6,881 nucleotides of DNA from assembly GCA_009103225.1 (NCBI GenBank), contig RHPI01002276.1, positions 1 through 6,881 of the forward strand. Direction: 5' to 3'. Shown here in pieces: positions 1 through 5,805 of the stretch. Origin of the DNA: Chlorokybus atmophyticus. Its lineage: Eukaryota; Plantae; Mesostigma and Chlorokybus algae. The number at the start of each line of letters is the position of its first letter. The stretch's first letter is position 1. Position numbers and translations under genes: made by a program. Below the pieces are notes generated by a model that was given only the letters and a program-made list of their open reading frames with translations, ran no database searches and was not told the DNA's origin.

Positions 1-19
1 CCGGACCTAGTGCTCGTCC

Positions 20-1094
20 TTACGACCTTCTACTCCTGTGTGGAGGGTCGATGCTGATCGTATGTAGGAATACTCTCAACACCTGGCACACAAAGTCAAG
101 TTCAATTGGAAATTGAACATCAATGTCTTTGCAGAATGTGTTTTGTAAATATAATTTTGCAAACCTCTTATCCACCAACCTTAGCAGTTTGTTCATGAAG
201 TTGAAGGGTATTCGATGTAGCTGAGCGAGAACCAATAGCAGCATGGAAATGCCCAAAGGGGTTGTACGAGAGCCGGCAACAATAGGGTTGCTTGCATTGT
301 CCAACAGCGCAGCATTCACCTTGTCAAGCAGCATTGCCTCGTCATCACCATGAGTGTCATACTGCTGCGACTCCACATCGGTATCGGAGTCTTGGTCTAC
401 GCCATCACCATCACCATCAACTTGCTCCGCATGTACTTGATTAGCGGTTGAGGGGGAGTGCGCTGGCATATCATGCTCGTTCGGAACTGTGTATTCTTGA
501 GTTCTGGCACCTTGATGTCCTCGCGATACAGGATGCTCACTTCCAGAGAATGCTGGGTGCAATTCGCTCTGTTCCCCATGATCACACGGATGACATCCTG
601 CCAACGCGAATAAATGCACTGGCACATGGACAATGACGTAAGCAATCAACTTGCAATTAAATTAGGTCGTACCTGCTGGGCGCATGTGATGTGCAACATT
701 GACATGAGATGCCACACTCGTTTGCGATGGCGTGGCTGGGTGCAGTTGTTCAGCAGCGTAGTTCCATGCATGAAGTGTTTCGGTGTGATGGACAGCATCA
801 TCTGAAGCAGGCAAGCTTGGTAATCAGACAGCCTGTTGATGAAGTACACCAACTCAGGAAGATTACTCTTGTACCTGACAGCATGTGCGAGGATGCAGCA
901 GCAATAACAGCGTCAGCCTCTTCAAGTTCATCGGGTTCGAGAAGATTACGGTATTGCGGTTCAACAGCTTTAGGAGTGCCCATCCACATCCTTGTGCCAT
1001 GGTACTCATGGTTTTTGGCCCTAGTGATGTGCTTGTGTGTGAACACTTTGCTCCCTTGGCAATCTTCGCAGAAACACCTGCGATTGTAGCTCAT
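20..1094 (-). CDS. Spliced gene, probable N-terminal part of a CACTA/EnSpm-like transposase. Exons 1094..875, 801..673 and 597..about 165-176; splicing beyond that is uncertain and the gene probably continues off the left edge.
   Basis: ATG at 1094 gives MSYNRRCFCEDC. GT-AG introns at 874..802 (73 nt, tcag|gtacaa...cttcag) and 672..598 (75 nt, gcag|gtacga...tggcag) are both phase 1 and keep the frame open into ORF 20..649. The product has an N-terminal CxCxxC...H motif, an acidic spacer (DGDGDGVDQDSDTDVES), then ALLDNASNPIVAGSRTTPLGISMLLLVLAQLHRIPFNFMNKLLRL, which resembles by eye the conserved L..a..pLy.G....L....Ll.lk.......f..LL.ll segment preceding the Transposase_21 region of CACTA transposases. 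The stop at 20..22 overlaps a possible donor (tc|gtaagg), so it may be spliced out. No catalytic domain lies in the window. Confidence 0.5.
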
Positions 1095-1095
1095 G

Positions 1096-1156
1096 CTACA
1101 AAGATGTTTAGTCAACTATTATCCTGACATACAACCAAACTATCTAGAGCCCTGAC
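1096..1156 (-). other. Putative 61-nt 5'UTR intron of the left gene
   Basis: Minus strand reads tatcag|gtcagg ... gactaaac (branch-like) atctttgtag|cATG. The acceptor lies 1 nt before the ATG at 1094. Confidence 0.45.
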
Positions 1157-1200
1157 CTGATACCGCCGCCGCCGCCGCTGATACCGCCTTCGCCGCCGCT
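1157..1200. repeat. (GCC)n low-complexity tract with duplicated ctgataccgcc
   Basis: ctgataccgcc occurs at 1157 and 1178, each followed by gcc repeats. The tract is flanked by a 7-bp inverted pair, ctagagc (1144..1150) and gctctag (1198..1204). Confidence 0.7.
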
Positions 1201-1220
1201 CTAGCATCGCTGTTGTAGAA

Positions 1221-1231
1221 TTAGGGTTTAG
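1221..1231 (-). promoter_or_regulatory. Telo-box-like element (AAACCCTAA) in the divergent intergenic region
   Basis: Plus strand ttagggtttag equals ctaaaccctaa on the minus strand. This matches the plant telomere-derived telo-box commonly found near transcription starts and in 5'UTRs. A single short motif could arise by chance. Confidence 0.4.
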
Positions 1232-1379
1232 AACCGTCAATCCTAAATTGAAAGCTAGATCCAGTATAAGCCGCGGCTTCAATCCGGATGTGCTCCGTAA
1301 TTTGCGTACGTGCTCCAGTTTTTCTTCCGTGAAGTGCATCAGCTACGAGGGTTTGAATGGTAGGTTGCGTGGCGGCAGT

Positions 1380-3052
1380 ATGCGCGGCGTCAAGGTGTGC
1401 AGTTTCTGCAGAGCATACTTGGTTAGAAACGGCAACTTGAAACGGCTGCAACAGCATGAAGAGAAGTGCAAGCTGTACAGTGAGCAGTATGGCTTCTATG
1501 AAGCCTGCTGGCACCATAAGGCCCGGGGAGATAACGTGAGGCAGTGCAGGCTTCTAGCAAAATGCATGAAGCCAGACTTCTTTGTCGAGGAATGCACTTG
1601 CCTGCAATGCTCGCTCTCCAAGTTTGAGTGGGACGGCGAGCCCATGGATCACCTGCCTTGGGCCCGGCCTGGAGCATATCAGGATGGGCAGGAGTGTGAT
1701 GTGGTGCGACGTCAGCTCGCGCGCAACGGTCGCGGCAAGTCCACAGTCCAAGATGATCACAACAACAAAGTGAGTTGAACTGTCCTGTCCTGGCGCACAA
1801 ACAGCGCTCTCATACGTAAGCAACTCACTCTTCAATGTTGAAGGGGAATGTAGCAGTAGTTGATGCAGTTGACGATACCGCGATAATAACTGCGTGGCGA
1901 AAGGAGATTGTTGATGAGGGGCAGTCTTTGGTAGCAAGCCGCGTCGTGGTATACTGGCCTGGAATGAGCACCTGGTATGCAGGCCGCATCATCACTTTCA
2001 ATGCCAACACAGGTACATGTGTCCAAATAATGCAGAGTATGTGATGTACGTGCGCGTGTTTACGCAAGCACTGGCTCAGTAAAACATGTGGCTCAGGAAA
2101 ACATACCATCAAGTACGACGATTACGATGAGGATCCGCGGCTGCACCACATCTTGTTGAAAAACTGGAACATCGCAGCTGTGCGTGAGGGTTACAACATG
2201 CAAGATGTCGTTGCAGTGATGGTTCGAGTTGGTGGTCAAAGCTGTCTGAGACTGCAAGACTTGCCTGGTCGCGAGCTCGATCGTTGGCCCAGGCCACCAC
2301 CCCTTCTCGTAACTCGCACACCATGCGACTCAAGCGGTAGACGTTACAGGCCACGCGCATTGGATCTCTTTTGTGGTGCCGGTGGCGTTGCTATGGGTCT
2401 GTACAGGGCTGGGTTTGATGTTGAGGGTATAGACATTAAGCCACAGCCGGCATACCCATTCAAGTTCTGCCAGATGAATGCAATGGACGCTGACCTGTCA
2501 GCATACGATGCAGTGTGGGCAAGTCCTCCATGCCAAGCTCTTAGTGGAGCCATTCCCACGACACAACGGTCCGCATACGGATATCGATGGGATCACGTCA
2601 ACCTGATTGACCCCATAAGAGCCAAGTTGCAGTCAAGCGGCAAGGCATGGGTGATAGAGAATGTCGCAGGCGCGTCAGGACACATGACAACTCACCTGAA
2701 GCTGTGTGGCAGCATGTTCAAGTTGGATGTGTATCGCCATCGCATCTTCGAGACAAACCCTCCAGTGCGCTCAGACTTAGAATGCAACCACACTGGTTCT
2801 GCACTTGGAGAGCTGGCCACCCACCCGGAGCAGCGCCGGCAGTTGCTACCTGGGGAGAGGCAAATTTACCCGGTATACGGCCAAGCATCTTGCCGTGGTA
2901 CGATTGCAGGGTGGCAGTCTGCCATGCAGGTGGAGTGGATGGATGCGGAATCGGAAATCAAGAATGCTATTCCACCTACTTACTCTGAACATGTAGGCAG
3001 GCTGTTGCTGGAAGCGATAGGTTTCAATGTCGATTACCCTCCTTTTTACTGA
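1380..3052 (+). CDS. Zinc finger-Tudor-C5 cytosine DNA methyltransferase fusion, join(1380..1769,1844..2012,2097..3052), 504 aa
   Basis: First in-frame ATG is at 1380; the ORF-track start at 1248 is TTG. Exon lengths 390+169+956=1515 nt = 504 aa plus stop. Splicing restores a complete Tudor domain (LVASRVVVYWPGMSTWYAGRIITFNANTG|KHTIKYDDYDE) across intron 2. N-terminus has C-x2-C-x15-H-x3-C (CSFC...HEEKC) plus further Cys/His residues. C-terminus has MTase motifs I (DLFCGAGG), IV (SPPCQ), VI (IENV), VIII (YRHRIF) and X (KNAIPP). Confidence 0.82.
1770..1843 (+). other. Spliceosomal intron 1 of the MTase gene (74 nt, phase 0)
   Basis: Consensus donor aaa|gtgagt contains the ORF stop. Branch-like ctcac at 1824..1828; the first AG downstream (gaag|ggg) is the only nearby acceptor that joins in frame with the Tudor exon. 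Confidence 0.7.
2013..2096 (+). other. Spliceosomal intron 2 of the MTase gene (84 nt, phase 1)
   Basis: acag|gtacat...ggctcag|gaaaa. Removal deletes the in-frame TGA at 2042..2044 and completes the Tudor motif G-KHTIKYDD. Confidence 0.85.
2357..3020 (+). other. C5 cytosine DNA methyltransferase catalytic domain (DNA_methylase/Dcm fold)
   Basis: FCGAGG starts at 2369, catalytic Cys of SPPCQ at 2531..2533, ENV at 2657..2665, NAIPP at 2963..2977. Motif order is canonical and the target-recognition region is short. Confidence 0.93.
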
Positions 3053-3137
3053 GACACGTAGAGGACTTTGCAGTTGTAAGCTCTCTTGATTGCCACAGAG
3101 GTCTCATTTGTGATCACACCTGCAGAATGGTAAGGTT

Positions 3138-3872
3138 TCACTGAGGTTGCCGCTGCTGCTGCTCTTTGTGCTCGCGCCGCTGCTTCCGCTGCTCCTTCTC
3201 CTGCTGGCACTGTTGCTTCCGCTGCTGCCGCTTCTGCTCACGCTCCTGAAAGAGTTGCTGCTTCAGCTGCTCCTGCTGCTCGAGTGTTGGCTGCTGGCCT
3301 ATCACTGCTCGCTCACGCTCATGTTGACGTTTCTTGGCCAGTTTCTTGCTTTGCCGCCGATCATCAATGTGTTCGCGTTTTTGCAACTTTAACATCTCCA
3401 TGGAGTTTGCTTTGCGTGCGGAAAAATTCTCTCGATTGAGATGGTGCTTTTGCAAAGTCTCATTCAGCTCGTTTTCGTTTTGCTTGCAAGTGCGCACAAG
3501 CTCGTTGAACTGGTCATCCCGCCAATCCTGGTTCAAAGGACCCTTCGCAACGCAATTGCGCACTCCTTTCCTAAGCCCCTTGAGAAAAAGCTGTAGTTTG
3601 AGGGCATCATCCACCTGCAGCGCTGTCGCGTTGGCAACCATACACAGATGTTCGAACTGCGCGTGAAACTCCTCCACTTTGCGACCTGCCTGCCGCAGAT
3701 GGCGCAGCTTCTTAAAAGCGCCGGCAGGGGTGTTGTCCATTTGCGCAGGAGCTCGGCTGCGAGTACGACGGCGTTTGCGCTTCTTGCTTGTGGTGGCACG
3801 ACGAGGAACACCAGAGGAAAGACTACTGGTTGATGTGCCAGATTCATCAGAAGAGCTCTCATTGCCCTGCAT
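3138..3872 (-). CDS. 3' part of the frameshifted OTU gene: Ser-rich linker, basic NLS-like patch, retrotransposon Gag capsid-like domain, Gln/Glu/Arg coiled-coil tail
   Basis: 244-aa ORF. KKRKRRR at about 3785..3765. AFKKLRHLRQAGRKVEEFHAQFEHL...DDALKLQLFLKGLRKGVRNCV...FNELVRTCKQNE (about 3725..3483) fits the Ty3/Gypsy Retrotrans_gag pattern L..L.Q....V.eY...F..L......F..GL...i. Assigned by eye. Confidence 0.7.
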   Translation of the reverse strand: MQGNESSSDESGTSTSSLSSGVPRRATTSKKRKRRRTRSRAPAQMDNTPAGAFKKLRHLRQAGRKVEEFHAQFEHLCMVANATALQVDDALKLQLFLKGLRKGVRNCVAKGPLNQDWRDDQFNELVRTCKQNENELNETLQKHHLNRENFSARKANSMEMLKLQKREHIDDRRQSKKLAKKRQHERERAVIGQQPTLEQQEQLKQQLFQEREQKRQQRKQQCQQEKEQRKQRREHKEQQQRQPQ

Positions 3873-5728
3873 TCATCAGAAGAGCTCTCATTGCCCTGCA
3901 TTGCATCAAGCTCGGTGCCACATTGCGCAACTCCACACTTGCTCTTGCACGCAGACAGCATGACAGTGCTCACCTGTCCATCAGCTGGGCTCATGGGTTC
4001 CGCCTGATTCTGGACTTCCACCTCAACCTCTTGGTTGACCTGTGCCTGCTTGGCCTTGGCCTCAGGCTGCTCCTGCCTGGCCTTGGCTTCAGCCAAAGCC
4101 TGCTCCTGCCTGGCCCTGGCTTCAGTCTCAGCCTGCTCCTGCCTGGCCTTGGCTTCAGCATCAGCCTTGGTCTTCGCCTCGCCCGCCTGCCTGGCCGTGG
4201 CCTCAGCATGCTCCTGCCTGGCCTTGGCCTGTGCTTGCTGCTTCAAGCTGGCCTCGACCTTCTTCATGCACTCTGGACCCATCCTCAGCTTTGGCTTTTG
4301 GACCTTCGCGCTTGCCTGGGTCTCAACCTTGCCTTCTCCCTTGGCCTGGGCCTCAGCCTCTTGCACACACACAGCTTGCGACTGCACAGGGGGTCTACTT
4401 GAAGATGTAGGCGCCTGGAGTGGCGCCGATTTGGCACTGGGTGCTGATTGCGGAGGACCATCAGGGTACAGGCAGCGCAGGACTTCTGGTGGCATGTCAC
4501 AGAGCTGCCATGAGAGCCTACCACTCGCATCGCCAAGAGACATGTAATGCGCGCAGGCCTTGCTCGCGTCTGTATTGCCAATAATCACATGGCCAGCCAC
4601 TTTCTGAACATCCTCGCCGATCAGCACCACAAGCTTGATATACTGCAGCTTTCCTTTGTCATCAGGTTTATAATACCTCCCGTCATCCCCTTTGCTGAGT
4701 ACCCCCTTGTCCTCCGCTTCTAGGATGTACTTGCAGTCACCAACCTCCTTGAGCTGCACGGTGCCAATGCGAATGCCCAGTGTGTGCGCCAGCAGCGCCA
4801 ATTGCAGTTGATCCGCATAAACACCCTCATGACCGATCACTTTCTTCAGAGCAACAACAGCTGCATCACCTTCATCTTTTCCATTGAGAACCGTTGTTAC
4901 CCGGAATTTCTTGGCGGCCTTCTTGTAGTCCTCGCCCATGTCACCAGAGGCCCCGTAGTTACGATACGTTCGTAACCAACGAACGTTGACCTGGTCAGCA
5001 CACATCTTGCGCAACTTGGCAGCTTGATCTCTCGTATGCAGCTCTTTGCCGTTGTCCAGCACGATGCTTCGCCAGAAAGCCTCGTTGTTGATTGCGCCCA
5101 CGCGTTCCAGGCACGCAGCGTTGACGGGAGGGCGCGACTGGGCAATGCAAGAGTAGAAGCAGTTGCCATCAGCATAGGCGTCAAAGAGCCGCAGCTTTGT
5201 CTCATGCAGCAGCAGCCCAATCAGCTCCGCCTCATCGCCCGGTTGTGGAGGAGGTAGACCAGACTCCCAACGACCACCAGTAGATGCACGACCCGTTGAT
5301 GTGCCCACTTCAGCTTCAGGTTCTCCGACAAAGTTCCCAAGGTCAATACTCGCAGCTGCTGCCTGCTTGTCACACAGCTTGCTGAGCTGCCGCCGCAAGA
5401 ACTGATCCAACTTGACTCTCCATTCATGCGAGAGGGCGAGCAAATCAGCTTTCTCCAACCGCTGCTTGTATTTGACCACCAGCTCTTCCCATGTAGGGCA
5501 GTCTTCCTTTTCCTCTCTCCATACTTTTGCATAACCTACGCAAAGGGCCTTGAAATCATTGAAAACCTCTTCGTCGGTCTTGTTTGCCCGGATCTGCGGC
5601 TTCTTCACCTCTTTTCCTGGTTGCAATGACCGGTATGAGCACGAGTTGGTGTGAGAAAGTTTACACATTCCAAGAGTACCTGCACGCTGCTGCTGACCAC
5701 TTGGCAAGACCTTCTGCTTTGGTGCCAT
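3533..5728 (-). CDS. OTU-family cysteine protease (putative deubiquitinase), 5' part of the frameshifted gene
   Basis: Likely start is ATG 5728 (MAPKQ). OTU motifs: LRLFDAYADGNCFYSCIAQ (Cys codon 5161..5159), LRKMCADQV, GVYADQLQLALLAHTLGIRIGTV, and HYMSL (His codon 4549..4547). The last 112 aa (3871..3536) are out-of-frame read-through after the 29-bp duplication. A possible in-frame 63-nt intron lies at 5679..5617 (gcag|gtactc...aaccag|gaaa). Confidence 0.8.
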   Translation of the reverse strand: MAPKQKVLPSGQQQRAGTLGMCKLSHTNSCSYRSLQPGKEVKKPQIRANKTDEEVFNDFKALCVGYAKVWREEKEDCPTWEELVVKYKQRLEKADLLALSHEWRVKLDQFLRRQLSKLCDKQAAAASIDLGNFVGEPEAEVGTSTGRASTGGRWESGLPPPQPGDEAELIGLLLHETKLRLFDAYADGNCFYSCIAQSRPPVNAACLERVGAINNEAFWRSIVLDNGKELHTRDQAAKLRKMCADQVNVRWLRTYRNYGASGDMGEDYKKAAKKFRVTTVLNGKDEGDAAVVALKKVIGHEGVYADQLQLALLAHTLGIRIGTVQLKEVGDCKYILEAEDKGVLSKGDDGRYYKPDDKGKLQYIKLVVLIGEDVQKVAGHVIIGNTDASKACAHYMSLGDASGRLSWQLCDMPPEVLRCLYPDGPPQSAPSAKSAPLQAPTSSSRPPVQSQAVCVQEAEAQAKGEGKVETQASAKVQKPKLRMGPECMKKVEASLKQQAQAKARQEHAEATARQAGEAKTKADAEAKARQEQAETEARARQEQALAEAKARQEQPEAKAKQAQVNQEVEVEVQNQAEPMSPADGQVSTVMLSACKSKCGVAQCGTELDAMQGNESSSDECRAMRALLMNLAHQPVVFPLVFLVVPPQARSANAVVLAAELLRKWTTPLPALLRSCAICGRQVAKWRSFTRSSNICVWLPTRQRCRWMMPSNYSFFSRGLGKECAIALRRVL
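3842..3899. repeat. Perfect 29-bp tandem duplication causing a frameshift
   Basis: attcatcagaagagctctcattgccctgc at 3842..3870 and again at 3871..3899. MQGNESSSDE consequently appears in both minus-strand ORFs, in different frames. Confidence 0.97.
4040..4235 (-). repeat. Coding repeats (33-bp period) encoding AEAKARQEQ-like units
   Basis: Core ctgctcctgcctggcc at 4067, 4100 and 4133, with a variant at 4208. Protein reads KARQEHAEA...AEAKARQEQAETEARARQEQALAEAKARQEQPEAKAKQ. Confidence 0.85.
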
Positions 5729-5805
5729 TATGAACAACCTGTGTCGACACACACAGAGAAACTTACAAGCAGACACGAAGTGATCAAGTGAGCCAAGTTT
5801 GGAAC

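Noticed and set aside
601-649. VHLFALAG...HGE as the CACTA HL..G...HGE motif, from the ORF-track N-terminus
   Set aside because: Residues upstream of 597 most likely lie inside the 75-nt intron 672..598. An alternative acceptor at 619 would retain them but gives only a 54-nt intron, so they were not used as evidence.
1221-1231. Telomere or chromosome end
   Set aside because: Only about 1.5 TTTAGGG units are present, internal to the window. Treated as a telo-box-like motif instead.
2153-3052. Bacterial restriction-modification system or contaminating bacterial gene starting at 2153
   Set aside because: The 2153 start is a TTG inside a frame that is open back to the splice acceptor at 2096. 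No restriction endonuclease is adjacent, and the neighbouring genes need spliceosomal introns.
3147-3666. Leu-rich membrane-like ORF 3147..3392 and ORF 3334..3666
   Set aside because: They are the reverse complement of the CAG/GAG-rich Gln/Glu tail and Gag region; the hydrophobicity is an artefact of CTG/CTC codons.
3788-4547. Plus-strand ORFs 3788..4402, 4035..4547 and 4042..4410
   Set aside because: They are antisense shadows of the GC-rich repetitive OTU-gene linker, with low-complexity Leu/Gly, Ala/Cys/Ser or Pro/Trp translations and no domain signal.
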